From the NCBI GenBank assembly GCA_963804085.1, contig CAWDOQ010000002.1, positions 1 to 64,000 of the forward strand: a stretch of DNA of 64,000 nucleotides, given 5' to 3'. Of the stretch, positions 30,156 to 40,338 are shown one piece after another. Numbering within the stretch: position 1 is the stretch's first letter; each line of letters opens with the position of its first letter. The notes beneath the pieces were generated by a model, which was not told the DNA's origin, made no database searches, and saw only the letters and a program-made list of their open reading frames with translations. The DNA comes from Chlamydiia bacterium. Its GTDB lineage: Bacteria > Chlamydiota > Chlamydiia > Chlamydiales > Rhabdochlamydiaceae. The position numbers and the translations under genes were made by a program.

Positions 30156-32626
30156 CGGACACGATTGCGTCTAAATTATCTCCCATGATGGCCCAGTGGC
30201 AAGCCTGCAAAGAGAAGGCGCAGGGTGCGCTGCTCCTCTTTCGCCTTGGAGATTTTTATGAGGCGTTTTATGAAGATGCCACTCTCCTTGCAAAAGAGCT
30301 AGATCTCACCTTGACAAAGCGGCAAGAGATCCCGATGGCAGGCGTCCCTTTTCACACGGCCGAAGCTTACATCGACAAGCTTGTTGGCAAGGGGTTCCAC
30401 GTTGCAGTCGCAGAACAAGTCGAAGATCCTAAACTTGCAAAAGGGCTAGTCAAGCGCGAGATCGTCCGGATTGTCACACCGGGAACCCTCACTACCTCTA
30501 GTCTGCTCTCAGAAAAAAAGAGCAACTACCTGATCGCTCTTTCAGAGCTGAACAGCTTATTCGGCTTGAGCCTGCTAGATCTTTCGACCGGAGAGTTTCG
30601 CGTTTTAGAGATCGAAAACAAAAAGCAGCTTATCGATGAGCTCTCCTCCTTAACACCTGTCGAGCTCCTCCTTTCCAGCAAGTGGCAAAAAAACAGATCG
30701 CCCATTTTAGAAGAGCTTCAAACCCTCTTCTCCTGCTCTTTCACTTTCAAAGAGGATTGGTACTTTGAACATGAAGGGGCTCTTTCGGTTCTGTTGAAAC
30801 ACTTCCGCGTTGCAAGTTTAGATGGCTTTGGACTGAAAGGAAAAGTGGCTGCAATCAATGCTGCAGGCGCGCTATTTCTCTATATCAAAGAGGATCTCAA
30901 CCTCTCGCTTTCTCACGTGCAAGAGATACGGACTGAGGAGCTCTCCGCTTTCATGGCAATCGATAGAGCCACGCAGCGCCACTTAGAGCTCACCCACTCC
31001 TCCTCCGATGCAAAAGATGCGCCGACACTCTTAAATCTTCTCGATAGAACCGAGACGCCGATGGGAGCAAGACTACTCAAGCAGTGGGTCACTCATCCAC
31101 TCCTCTCTGTCGATGCGATCTACAAAAGACAAGAAGCGATTCACGACTTTTTTAAGGAGCCTCTTGCGGCAGAAGCAATTGGTCGCAATTTAACGGAAGT
31201 GCGCGATTTAGAGAGGTTGATTATGCGCATAGAGACCAACCTCGCCTCCCCGCGCGATCTAGTCGGCTTGCGCTTCTCTTTAGAGAAGGTGCCTCTCCTG
31301 CTTGTGCATTTGCAAAAATTTTCTAGCACGCTTGTAGTTGAAGATCGTGCCAAGCTCGTCGATATGAGCCCTCTTACCGAAAAGATCAAAAGGGCTCTTG
31401 TAGAGGCTCCGCCACTGCGCCTAACCGAAGGGGGCATCTTCAAACGCGGCTATGATGCCGAGCTAGATGAGCTTCTCGAACTTAAAACCAATAACCATGA
31501 TTGGATCGCTCGCTACCAGACAGAGTTAAGAGAGCGCACAGGCGTTAAAACACTTAAAGTCGGCTTTACACGCGCCTTTGGCTACTACATCGAAGTGGGA
31601 AGAGGCCATGCAGAGAAGCTGCAAGGGGATTTTGAGCGCAAGCAGACGCTTGTTAACGCTGAAAGGTTCATCACTCGCGCGCTCAAAGAGTATGAGCATA
31701 AGATGCTCACAGCAGAAGAGCGGATGATCGCTTTAGAGACTGCTCTTTTTGCAATGCTGCGCGAAGAGGTCGCACAGCATGCTGCGCAGGTTCGCGAGAT
31801 GGCGCAAGCGATCGCCCGCATCGACTGCCTTCTCTCTTTATTTGTAGTGGCAAGAGATAGAGGTTACATCTCTCCTCACGTCGATGAGAGCGATCTGCTC
31901 GATGTACGCGAAGGAAGACACCCGATGCTAGAGGCGCAGCTTTTAGGCGAAAGGTTTATCTCTAACGATCTGATTCTCGATCAAGAAAGAAGTCGCTTGG
32001 TGATTCTGACAGGCCCCAACATGGCAGGCAAGTCCACCTACTTGCGCCAAGTCGCGCTCATTGTAATCCTTGCGCAGATCGGCTCGTTTGTCCCCGCAAA
32101 AAGCGCGCATATCGGCATCATCGACAAGGTCTTTAGCCGCATCGGCGCAAGCGATGATTTAGCCCGCGGACAATCCACCTTCATGGTCGAGATGACCGAG
32201 ACTGCAAATATTTTGCACAATGCGACCAACCGCTCGCTCGTCATCTTAGATGAGATCGGACGCGGCACAAGCACATACGATGGAATCTCTATTGCGTGGG
32301 CAGTTGCAGAATCGCTTTTGACAAGACAGGGAAAATCCCCAAAAACTCTTTTTGCCACACACTACTGGGAGCTGACCGGCCTTGAGCGCGAGATCCCGGG
32401 AGCAGTTAACTACCATGTCGCGGTTGAAGAGGGCAAAGAGAGAATCACCTTCTTGCGCAAGATCGTCAAGGGGAGCACCGATAAAAGTTATGGAATCCAT
32501 GTCGCACGCCTGGCAGGCATCCCTCCCTATGTGATCAGGCGTGCAGAAGAGATCCTCGTAAAACTGGAGAAGAGCCCCTCTCGCAAGCAGTTAAAGCTTG
32601 ATGAGCAGCTCCCCCTATTCCAATGA
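30152..32626 (+). CDS. mutS: DNA mismatch repair protein MutS
   Basis: FRLGDFYE, TGPNMAGKSTYLRQ, GQSTFMVEM, DEIGRGTSTYDG. Confidence 0.97.
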   Translation: MTDTIASKLSPMMAQWQACKEKAQGALLLFRLGDFYEAFYEDATLLAKELDLTLTKRQEIPMAGVPFHTAEAYIDKLVGKGFHVAVAEQVEDPKLAKGLVKREIVRIVTPGTLTTSSLLSEKKSNYLIALSELNSLFGLSLLDLSTGEFRVLEIENKKQLIDELSSLTPVELLLSSKWQKNRSPILEELQTLFSCSFTFKEDWYFEHEGALSVLLKHFRVASLDGFGLKGKVAAINAAGALFLYIKEDLNLSLSHVQEIRTEELSAFMAIDRATQRHLELTHSSSDAKDAPTLLNLLDRTETPMGARLLKQWVTHPLLSVDAIYKRQEAIHDFFKEPLAAEAIGRNLTEVRDLERLIMRIETNLASPRDLVGLRFSLEKVPLLLVHLQKFSSTLVVEDRAKLVDMSPLTEKIKRALVEAPPLRLTEGGIFKRGYDAELDELLELKTNNHDWIARYQTELRERTGVKTLKVGFTRAFGYYIEVGRGHAEKLQGDFERKQTLVNAERFITRALKEYEHKMLTAEERMIALETALFAMLREEVAQHAAQVREMAQAIARIDCLLSLFVVARDRGYISPHVDESDLLDVREGRHPMLEAQLLGERFISNDLILDQERSRLVILTGPNMAGKSTYLRQVALIVILAQIGSFVPAKSAHIGIIDKVFSRIGASDDLARGQSTFMVEMTETANILHNATNRSLVILDEIGRGTSTYDGISIAWAVAESLLTRQGKSPKTLFATHYWELTGLEREIPGAVNYHVAVEEGKERITFLRKIVKGSTDKSYGIHVARLAGIPPYVIRRAEEILVKLEKSPSRKQLKLDEQLPLFQ

Positions 32627-34446
32627 GATTTGATCCTAAAAAGCTAGAGCAATTTCCACTTGAGCCCGGTGTCTATCTCATGAAAAATGAGGAGGGCGAG
32701 GTGCTTTATGTCGGAAAAGCTAAAGAGCTCAAGAAACGTTTGAAGAGCTATTTTGCTCCCGGGCGCGATGAGAGGCCGATGGTCCCTCACCTAGTCGCAC
32801 AGGTCGCCCTCATCGACACGATCCTCGTCTCCACAGAAAAAGAGGCGCTTCTTTTAGAGAACACCCTGATTAAAAAGCATCAGCCCAAGTTCAACGCTGT
32901 TTTAAAAGATGACAAGACATTCATCAGTCTGATGATCAACCACAAACACAAGTGGCCGAGGCTGTCGCTCGTGCGCAACAAAGGAAAACCCAAAGAGGAG
33001 GGGCTCTACTTTGGCCCCTACACGAGCGCGCTTGCAGCAAGAGAGACTTATGAGATGCTCACCCGCCTCTTCCCTATGCGTCAATGCTCCGATGAGGAGC
33101 TTAAAAGACGCAAGCGCCCCTGCTTGCTCTATGGGATCAAGCGTTGCATCGCACCTTGCGTCGGCCTATGCACCAAAGAGGAGTATGACCATTTTGTTCA
33201 AGGAGCCATACACTTTTTGAAGGGCGAAAATAAAACTGTCCTGAAAGAGCTTCACAAAGAGATGGAAAAAGCGTCGGAGGCTCAAGAATTTGAAAAGGCA
33301 GCCGCCTTTTTGCAGACGATCCGGCAAATCGAACATGTGCTTGAAAAGGGACAGATCGTAGCCAAAAATTACGGAAAAGATTGCGATGTGCTCGCGCTCT
33401 ACCGTCACGGAGAGGAGGTGATCTTGATGCAACTTCTCTGTCGCGAAGGCAAACTGGTCGGCTCCGAGCACTACACCTTCTACGATGTCGTTCAAGAGGA
33501 TGAGGCGCTCTTCTCCTCTTTTCTTTTGCAGCACTACAAAGAGCACTCCCATCCCCCTTCCGAGATCCTCCTCCCCCTGGCTCTTCCCCAGCAAAAAGAG
33601 ATCGAAGAGATCCTCTTTGAGGCGCAAAAAAAGAAGATCCACCTTCTCGTACCGCAGAAAGGAGAGAAAGAGAAGCTGGTCTCTCTTGCTGAAAAAAATG
33701 CAAAAGCCACCTTCCAGCAAGAGAAAAACGCGCAAGAGTTACGCGAGAAGATGCTTCTTGATTTAGCGGAGACATGCAAGCTCAACCGCTATCCCAAACG
33801 GATCGAATGTTTTGACACCTCTAACATAGCGGGCAGCGACCAGGTCGCTTGCCTAGTCGCCTTTACCGATGGACAAAAAGACTCTGCGCGAACCCGCCTC
33901 TTCCGCATCCGCGATATCAAAAAGGGGGATGACTACGGCGCCTTGCACCAGGTTCTTTCGCGCAGACTCATACGCGCAAAAGAGGAAGATGACCTTCCCG
34001 ATCTAATCATTGTTGACGGTGGGAAAGGCCAGTTGCACGTTGCGCAAGATGTCTTCAAAGAACTGGATATCGCAAATGTCGATCTGATCGCGATCGCAAA
34101 AGAAGCAGGGCGTCATGACAAAGGGATGACGCAAGAAAGACTCTTTCTTCCCGAAAGAAAAGAGCCGCTTATCTTGAGCATCAGGTCTCCTCTGCTATTT
34201 CTTCTTCAGATGATCCGCGATGAGGCGCACAGAAAAGCAATCGGCTTTCATAAGACGCGCAGAACCAAGCGCTACCTCACCTCCGCACTCGACGAGATCC
34301 CCGGCATCGGCAAGACAAAAAAGATGCGCCTCCTAAAGCATTTTGGCAGCCTTGAGCGCATCAAGCAAGCGACCCCCGCCGACCTCGCTAAAGTTTCTGG
34401 TCTGACAAAAAAAGACATTGCTGCTTTGGAGAAATTCTTCAAGTGA
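32623..34446 (+). CDS. uvrC: Excinuclease ABC subunit C
   Basis: GIY-YIG PGVYLM...YVGKAK, IECFDTS, IVDGGKGQL, HhH IPGIG. Confidence 0.97.
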   Translation: MRFDPKKLEQFPLEPGVYLMKNEEGEVLYVGKAKELKKRLKSYFAPGRDERPMVPHLVAQVALIDTILVSTEKEALLLENTLIKKHQPKFNAVLKDDKTFISLMINHKHKWPRLSLVRNKGKPKEEGLYFGPYTSALAARETYEMLTRLFPMRQCSDEELKRRKRPCLLYGIKRCIAPCVGLCTKEEYDHFVQGAIHFLKGENKTVLKELHKEMEKASEAQEFEKAAAFLQTIRQIEHVLEKGQIVAKNYGKDCDVLALYRHGEEVILMQLLCREGKLVGSEHYTFYDVVQEDEALFSSFLLQHYKEHSHPPSEILLPLALPQQKEIEEILFEAQKKKIHLLVPQKGEKEKLVSLAEKNAKATFQQEKNAQELREKMLLDLAETCKLNRYPKRIECFDTSNIAGSDQVACLVAFTDGQKDSARTRLFRIRDIKKGDDYGALHQVLSRRLIRAKEEDDLPDLIIVDGGKGQLHVAQDVFKELDIANVDLIAIAKEAGRHDKGMTQERLFLPERKEPLILSIRSPLLFLLQMIRDEAHRKAIGFHKTRRTKRYLTSALDEIPGIGKTKKMRLLKHFGSLERIKQATPADLAKVSGLTKKDIAALEKFFK

Positions 34447-34450
34447 GGAG

Positions 34451-34576
34451 CACCGAGACTAGTCTCGGTGGAGAAAAGCGGCGACGAGTCGCCGCACTCC
34501 AAACAAGAAGGATAAGCGCTCTTAATGTGGAGTGCGCTGACTTGTCAGCGCTTTCATAGACAGCGACTTGTCGCTG
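34451..34576. repeat. REP-like palindrome cluster (family 3)
   Basis: Inverted pair TGGAGTGCGGCGAC-TC-GTCGCCGCTTT and TGGAGTGCGCTGAC-TT-GTCAGCGCTTT plus two flanking GAC-NN-GTC hairpins. Confidence 0.75.
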
Positions 34577-34585
34577 CTCTTCTGA

Positions 34586-35518
34586 TTATGCGGGGAATGT
34601 GTTGGCGACGCCAAAAGAGGGATGTGTTTTATCATAGGAGTCAAGAACGTAGAAAGACGCACGGTTAGAGCTTCCACACACCACTTGCCAAGCCCCATAC
34701 TTCTCATGGTATCCACAATCAGATGTACGTGTATAAGTGGGCTCACGCAAAAGAAGAGTTTTAAAACGCACATAGTGGGCAATAGCGCTCACAGTGATCC
34801 AGAGCGCCTTTCCTAGCTTGTACCTCTGTCCTGCTTCGGCTTGTGTTGCACCTTTACTTCCTGGCTCTACATCTTTTTGCATCCATACCCAGAGCGATTT
34901 TTTCTGCGCCTCTTGTCCATATTTTTTTAAAACTGGATCGGTAACATAAGGATGCGTGCCTCCCTTGTCTACAAGAGGAAGAAAGCTGTTAAAACAAAGC
35001 GGCTGGCCGTCTACGGTAGCAGGAATCAGCGTGAGAGTGTAGGTCTCTTTAAGCTCGGCAATAGTGCGATGGATGCTGGCAGGTAGTCGTGGCGCTACTC
35101 CTGGATCTACTTTAAAATACTCCTTCCACTCTTTGACTCCGAATGCAAAAGGAGGCTGAGGATTGGAAAAAGCTTCTTTGTTTCTGTATACTTCAAGAGG
35201 ATCTACCTTCTCTTGCTGACACTGCACTTTCCAGACCTTGTTGGGAATCTTCCACGCTTTACAGACGGTTTCACATCTACCGAGATCTTCAGGCAACAGA
35301 TATTTCATGCAATTGTAGAAGGCGTCGGGACAGCGCTGCGAAATATCATCTTGATTTTGTAAAGGTAGACTTTGCTTCCAACCAAAAAGCTCGCTGATCC
35401 AAGCGCAAACCACTTTCCAGATAGCGGCAACGCGCTCCAGAAGTTCTGCATAGCAGGGCTTGTCTTCAGGCATTGCTACAGCGGCTTTTGTAGAATGTAT
35501 GCCGATTGCTTGTGTCAT
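34586..35518 (-). CDS. F-box-like protein with variable C-terminal domain, paralogue A
   Basis: CPDAFYNCMKYLLPEDLGRCETVCKAW F-box-like motif; tandem duplicate of the next gene. Confidence 0.8.
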   Translation of the reverse strand: MTQAIGIHSTKAAVAMPEDKPCYAELLERVAAIWKVVCAWISELFGWKQSLPLQNQDDISQRCPDAFYNCMKYLLPEDLGRCETVCKAWKIPNKVWKVQCQQEKVDPLEVYRNKEAFSNPQPPFAFGVKEWKEYFKVDPGVAPRLPASIHRTIAELKETYTLTLIPATVDGQPLCFNSFLPLVDKGGTHPYVTDPVLKKYGQEAQKKSLWVWMQKDVEPGSKGATQAEAGQRYKLGKALWITVSAIAHYVRFKTLLLREPTYTRTSDCGYHEKYGAWQVVCGSSNRASFYVLDSYDKTHPSFGVANTFPA

Positions 35519-36510
35519 AGAGCCTCCACTTCTGCAGGAAATGTGTTTGCCACGCCGGTAGAATCTTGATCATATTCGCTAGAGGAGGCTATGACACCAA
35601 AGCTATCTGAAAACCGACCGCCAACACTCGCAGACCAAACAAAAGATGGATCGTCCCCACTAGCTGGATCTTCCCCACTGTCACGTGTTCGTGTGTAGTC
35701 ACTGCCGGTTCGAAAGAGAGTGATCTTATAGCGAGCATAGTGAGCTGCTACGCTGACAGTGATCCAGAGCGCTTTCCCAAGCTTTTTTGGGTATGCTCGC
35801 TCTACTTGAGCTTGCGTCATGCTGCGACTTTCCGGTTCTATCTCCTTTTGCATCCAGACCCATAAGGACTTACCTACAACCTCGTTTCCATATTTTCCTT
35901 CAACATCTGGCCACATGCTAACAGTTTGACCGATCTTCTTGGCAAGCGGTGCAAAGGTGTTAAAGCAAAGCGGCTGGCCGTCTACGGTAGCAGGAATCAG
36001 AGTGAGAGTGTAGGTCTCTTTTAATTGGGCAATAGTGCGATGGATGCTGGCAGGTAGTCGTGGCGCTGCTCCTGGATCTACTTTAAAATACTCCTTCCAC
36101 TCTTGGACTCCGAATGCAAAAGGAGGAGCAGGATTGGCAAAAGCCTTTTTGTGGCTACCATCTTCGAGCGGATAATCTACCTGTTCTTGTTCGCATTGCA
36201 CTTTCCAGACCTTGTCGGGAATCTTCCACGCTTTACAGACGGTTTCGCATCTACCCACCTCTGTAGCTGACAGATATTTCATGCAATTGTAGAAGGCGTC
36301 GGGACAGCGCTGCGAAATATCATCTTGATTTTGTAAAGGTAGACTTTGTTGCCATCCAAAAAGCTCGCTGATCCAGGCGCAAACCACTTTCCAGATAGCA
36401 GCAATGCGCTCCGCAAGCTCTGCGTAACAGGGCTTTTCCTCAACTATTGTTGAGACGGCTTTTGTAGGATTTATACTTATTTCTTGTGACATATGCGAAG
36501 ATAATATCAC
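35515..36510 (-). CDS. F-box-like protein with variable C-terminal domain, paralogue B
   Basis: CPDAFYNCMKYLSATEVGRCETVCKAW; long identical DNA blocks shared with paralogue A. Confidence 0.8.
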   Translation of the reverse strand: MILSSHMSQEISINPTKAVSTIVEEKPCYAELAERIAAIWKVVCAWISELFGWQQSLPLQNQDDISQRCPDAFYNCMKYLSATEVGRCETVCKAWKIPDKVWKVQCEQEQVDYPLEDGSHKKAFANPAPPFAFGVQEWKEYFKVDPGAAPRLPASIHRTIAQLKETYTLTLIPATVDGQPLCFNTFAPLAKKIGQTVSMWPDVEGKYGNEVVGKSLWVWMQKEIEPESRSMTQAQVERAYPKKLGKALWITVSVAAHYARYKITLFRTGSDYTRTRDSGEDPASGDDPSFVWSASVGGRFSDSFGVIASSSEYDQDSTGVANTFPAEVEAL

Positions 36511-36557
36511 ATAAATGAGAAAAACGAAACTGCAATACTATAATACTAAATAATTTA

Positions 36558-37070
36558 TTAGCAATCTTTCGTGATGGTGAGAAGGAAGGAGTGACGGTAG
36601 CCGAGCTTATGGGAGAGAAAGGCGCCGAGTTCTTTTTCTATGCGCGTGAGCGTCTGCTTCTGCTCAGAGACTGAGAGCTCTGGCAGCTTTGCTACGATTT
36701 CGATCTTCTGGTTGCCGTAGACGATCACCTCTTTTACTTCGCTTTCGGGCGAAAAGAAGCTCTCTTTCCAGAACTTTTCGATGTAGGTATGTAAAAGGGC
36801 AAGATCCATCTGCGCATCCCCTCCTTTCATGCGCACCTGGTAGTATCTACCTCGGTGCATCACAAAAAAACCGACGAAAAGCAGTAGCCCTAAAAAGATC
36901 AGCCCGTAGCCCGCAAGCGAAAAAAAGGCGGAGGATTTGGATAAAACGCTCATGAGAAGAAGCGGGAAGTGGGGCACATGGACAATACCGAGAAAAAAGA
37001 GTCCGGCGCTTACAATCGCAGCTACCACGAAAAGTTGAACAGCTGAAAAGAGTAGATTGCCTGAGCGCAT
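36558..37070 (-). CDS. Membrane protein, probable AmaP-like anchor for Asp23
   Basis: Two N-terminal TM helices; directly downstream of the Asp23/Gls24 gene. Confidence 0.55.
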   Translation of the reverse strand: MRSGNLLFSAVQLFVVAAIVSAGLFFLGIVHVPHFPLLLMSVLSKSSAFFSLAGYGLIFLGLLLFVGFFVMHRGRYYQVRMKGGDAQMDLALLHTYIEKFWKESFFSPESEVKEVIVYGNQKIEIVAKLPELSVSEQKQTLTRIEKELGAFLSHKLGYRHSFLLTITKDC

Positions 37071-37079
37071 TTGCGGTCT

Positions 37080-37529
37080 CTAAAAGTCTGCGTTATATTT
37101 AGGGGCGGAGGTGCTGTTTTTATCTTGAGGAGTACTTTTGTGCGTTTCCATCGAGATCAGATTCTTGAAAATTACATGGACGCAGCCCACATGTAAGGCT
37201 GTCAGCTTGCTGATATCCTGCGCAATTTTGGTCTGGACCTCCTCTGCTTTTTCGGGAAGGGAGACGCCATAAGCGACATTGATCTCTACCTTGATATTCA
37301 CCGAGTGGCTCTTCTGATCCTGTTCGACATTGATGCCGGAAAGCCTATTTTCCACATCTCTACCGAGCAAGTTATCGAACAGATTGCCCTCTATGAGTGC
37401 CACACCCTGAATCCGCGAAAGGCACTGCAAAACGATCGATTGAAAAACACGGCTTTCAATGTCGCGAATAAAAACGGTCTCCGGCAGCTCCAGCTCTTTC
37501 GTATCGATCTGTTTAAGTTTGTTGTGCAT
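37080..37529 (-). CDS. Asp23/Gls24 family envelope stress protein
   Basis: VNIKVEINVAYGVSLPEKAEEVQTKI...LTALHVGCVHV. Confidence 0.85.
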   Translation of the reverse strand: MHNKLKQIDTKELELPETVFIRDIESRVFQSIVLQCLSRIQGVALIEGNLFDNLLGRDVENRLSGINVEQDQKSHSVNIKVEINVAYGVSLPEKAEEVQTKIAQDISKLTALHVGCVHVIFKNLISMETHKSTPQDKNSTSAPKYNADF

Positions 37530-37586
37530 AAGACACCTCTACTTTATGCCGATATTAATCAATGCCGGCTTTTTCCAACACTCTTT

Positions 37587-37704
37587 ACGTGCCCGTGTGC
37601 GTGCCCGTGCCCGTGCCCGATCTTTCTTTTCTCTTCAATAATCCGGATCAGGCACGGGCACGGGCACGGGCACGGGCACGGGCACAGGCAGAGGCACAGG
37701 CAGG
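37587..37704. repeat. Family-2 hairpin repeat, copy e (reverse orientation)
   Basis: (GTGCCC)n, AATAATCCGGATC, (GGCACG)n. Confidence 0.85.
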
Positions 37705-37748
37705 TTAAAGACTTATGCAACAATTTCGTTTTACGCTACAATCAGCCC

Positions 37749-38141
37749 ATGCAAGTATTCATCACCCTAATCTTCTGGGTCCTGCTCGGAAGCATCACAG
37801 CTTATTATGCCAAAGAGCGTGGCCGTCACCAGTGGGGCTGGTTTTGCATCGGTCTTTTTCTTGGTATCTTTGGCATTATCTTGCTCTTTGTCCTGCCAAG
37901 AAAAAAACTACAGACGCCGCCGGTATATCCGGAAATGGAGGAGATCCCCGCGCCCCCACCTAAAGTGCTGGGTTCTACAAAATTCTGGTACTATTTGGAT
38001 GGAGAAAACAAGCAGCTGGGCCCGATGAGCTACAACGCGCTTGTATCCGCTTCACAAGAAGGCAAAGTCACGCCGACTACCTACGTCTGGAATGAAGATC
38101 TAGAAAATTGGAAACGCTTTGGAGAACTGGTTACCAGCTAG
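37749..38141 (+). CDS. Membrane protein with GYF_2/DUF4339 domain
   Basis: [15 protein letters not shown]...[12 protein letters not shown]; two N-terminal TM helices; start trimmed to ATG 37749. Confidence 0.8.
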   Translation: MQVFITLIFWVLLGSITAYYAKERGRHQWGWFCIGLFLGIFGIILLFVLPRKKLQTPPVYPEMEEIPAPPPKVLGSTKFWYYLDGENKQLGPMSYNALVSASQEGKVTPTTYVWNEDLENWKRFGELVTS

Positions 38142-38436
38142 CCTTGACGATTCCGGGAATGAGGCCGGCATTGGCCATCTCGCGGAAGCAGAGACGCGAA
38201 AGTTTGAACTTTCTTAAGTATCCTCTTGCTCGTCCTGTGAGTTGGCAACGGTTGCGCAGGCGTACAGGCGAAGAGTTTTTCGGCATCTTGTTAAGCGCGA
38301 TCTGCGCTTCTAGACGCTCTTCTTCACTCTTGTTTTGATCGAGAATGACCTTTTTGAGTTGTTGACGCTTGTCCCACTTAAGACGGACAAGACGTTCACG
38401 ACGCTTCTGCTTTGCAATAGAGGATTTTGTTGCCAT
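38131..38436 (-). CDS. rpsN: 30S ribosomal protein S14 (long, Zn-free type)
   Basis: [33 protein letters not shown]. Confidence 0.97.
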   Translation of the reverse strand: MATKSSIAKQKRRERLVRLKWDKRQQLKKVILDQNKSEEERLEAQIALNKMPKNSSPVRLRNRCQLTGRARGYLRKFKLSRLCFREMANAGLIPGIVKASW

Positions 38437-38444
38437 AGTGTTCT

Positions 38445-38582
38445 TTATTTTTTACGTGCAGGACCCTTCTGCCTTTGCTTACGGTTCGGGTCTGTCTTGT
38501 TGATAACGTAGATACGTCCACGTCTGCGGACGATCTTGTCGCCTTTTGAAGGATCTGCTTTGATGGATGCTCGTACTTTCAT
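38445..38582 (-). CDS. rpmJ: 50S ribosomal protein L36 (Zn-free, chlamydial type); absent from the ORF track
   Basis: Translated by hand: [45 protein letters not shown]. Confidence 0.95.
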   Translation of the reverse strand: MKVRASIKADPSKGDKIVRRRGRIYVINKTDPNRKQRQKGPARKK

Positions 38583-38639
38583 AATGAAGACATTTATAAC
38601 TTTTTTGCTGATTTCTTGCAAAGCCCTAAAATTTTCGCC

Positions 38640-40238
38640 CTAAAATTTTTGATAGAGCCAGCTAAACAAATTGCAGAGGCTCTCCCAGAAAAAGCAGCAC
38701 CAGCCAGATACCCGTTCCCAAAAGGTGCGAGTTACCACGATGTCGGGCCGGTTGTGGGCCCGAGCCAGATTTAAAAAGCGCTCAGGCACCTCTTGTACTT
38801 GGGTCCCGTTTACATCCAAATCGGTCAAACGGGTTAAATTATTTATTTCATCGGGCAGGTAGCTGATCTTGGTAAAAGCGACATCCAGACGCTCCAATGC
38901 GGCAAGAGGCCCGATCACCTCTCCAGGAAGATAAGCTACAGGATTGCTGCGGCAGCTAAAGAGCTTCAGTGCAGTGAGCTGTCCTATCTCTAGAGGAAGC
39001 TCTGTAAGACGGTTAGAGTCCAGGTTCAAGGAGGTGAGCATTTTTAGGTTGCCCACGCTGGAAGGAAGGACTTCTAAACCGCCATAGGTCATACGGAAAT
39101 CAGTCAATTGCGTCCAATTTCCTATCCAGGAGGGCATCTGCTTAATGTGACAGCTTAACGTCCGTAAAGCGCTCACTTGTTTCCAATCGCTGAGTGTCTC
39201 CGGCAAGGTTTGTACGTTGGTATTGTAGAGGGATAGGCTGGATAACTTTAAACGGCCAAAGCTTGGTGGCAGCGCTCTTAAAGGATTCGCAGAAAAGGAA
39301 AAATCAGTGAGCCTGGTCAAATTGCCGATATCGAGGGGAAGCTCCGTGAGCAGGTTTTCATAAAGATGCAAATTGTGGAGGTTTTGAAGTTGGCAGATCT
39401 CATCCGGAATCTTTTTGAGCCGATTCTTGCCTAGATTAAGCTGGCGGAGCTCCTTGAGTTTGCCGATTTCGGGGGTGAGATGCTCCAGCTCGCTATCCTC
39501 CAAATTTAACTGCTCTAAATTTATTAGATATCCAATAGTAGAAGGGAGAACCTTTATAGAGGCATGTGCGAAATGCAAATTTTGCACTCCTTTAAAATGC
39601 TGGATCTCCAGAGGCAGAAAATTGAATTCTGCTGAACCGAAGCAGGACGTAATACAAGTAACCGCATTAAAAATAGGCAGATTGACATCATCGCCGAGAA
39701 GCTTGCGCACATGCCCGGCTCGGTTGATCATTTCCAGCCGCTCTTGCTCATTTTTAGGGGCATTATCTAACGGATGAAAAAAATCTTTGCGAAGGGGGAT
39801 GCGCGGAGGTCCCCATCCGTCTATCTCCTCTGCATGGCAACGCGTCTCTTTAAAAAACTTGAGCAGAGTTCTTGCTTCTACCCACTGGGCCTGCTCGACC
39901 AGAGTCTTTGGTTCGAGTGTGCCCCTGACGAGAAGCGGGTCTTTCACTCTCCGATATTCGCGCATCTCCATAATGCGATCTTTGCCATGCAGGTGCTCTC
40001 TAAAGCTCTTATAAATAGAGCGGACTCGCTGCGCTTCTTGATCCTTTTCCGGAAAGTCTAAAACCGCCTTCTCGACATAGGGCGCTAAAACCGGGAATCC
40101 CCTGTAGGTCTCAAAAAGCATTTTAAAGGATGCCTTTGCAGCATCCGCCCACAACCTAGTCACGCAAGCCAGCCGCGGCGCAGCTGTGGAGTAGCTCCCC
40201 ATAATCTTTAAAACATTGCTGTTTAACTCAACACTCAT
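38640..40238 (-). CDS. Leucine-rich repeat protein with F-box-like N-terminus; candidate effector
   Basis: About 12 LRRs of 23 aa; N-terminal LNSNVLKIMGSY...LACVTRLW. Confidence 0.85.
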   Translation of the reverse strand: MSVELNSNVLKIMGSYSTAAPRLACVTRLWADAAKASFKMLFETYRGFPVLAPYVEKAVLDFPEKDQEAQRVRSIYKSFREHLHGKDRIMEMREYRRVKDPLLVRGTLEPKTLVEQAQWVEARTLLKFFKETRCHAEEIDGWGPPRIPLRKDFFHPLDNAPKNEQERLEMINRAGHVRKLLGDDVNLPIFNAVTCITSCFGSAEFNFLPLEIQHFKGVQNLHFAHASIKVLPSTIGYLINLEQLNLEDSELEHLTPEIGKLKELRQLNLGKNRLKKIPDEICQLQNLHNLHLYENLLTELPLDIGNLTRLTDFSFSANPLRALPPSFGRLKLSSLSLYNTNVQTLPETLSDWKQVSALRTLSCHIKQMPSWIGNWTQLTDFRMTYGGLEVLPSSVGNLKMLTSLNLDSNRLTELPLEIGQLTALKLFSCRSNPVAYLPGEVIGPLAALERLDVAFTKISYLPDEINNLTRLTDLDVNGTQVQEVPERFLNLARAHNRPDIVVTRTFWERVSGWCCFFWESLCNLFSWLYQKF

Positions 40239-40338
40239 CTCAAGTTCTCAATGGCTAAATTAAAAAAGTGTCAGTATTTTACTAAATTCATAGATACAAC
40301 TCAAACAATTGATTGTTTTACGCTCTTCTGCAATGCGG

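Noticed and set aside
33137-33785. Long antisense ORFs within uvrC (and similar ones in uvrD, plsX, mutS)
   Set aside because: Shadow frames of conserved genes with no recognisable motifs.
34586-36510. Diversity-generating retroelement acting on the F-box C-termini
   Set aside because: No reverse transcriptase or template repeat in the window; paralogue differences include indels and do not look adenine-restricted. A trans-acting DGR elsewhere is not excluded.
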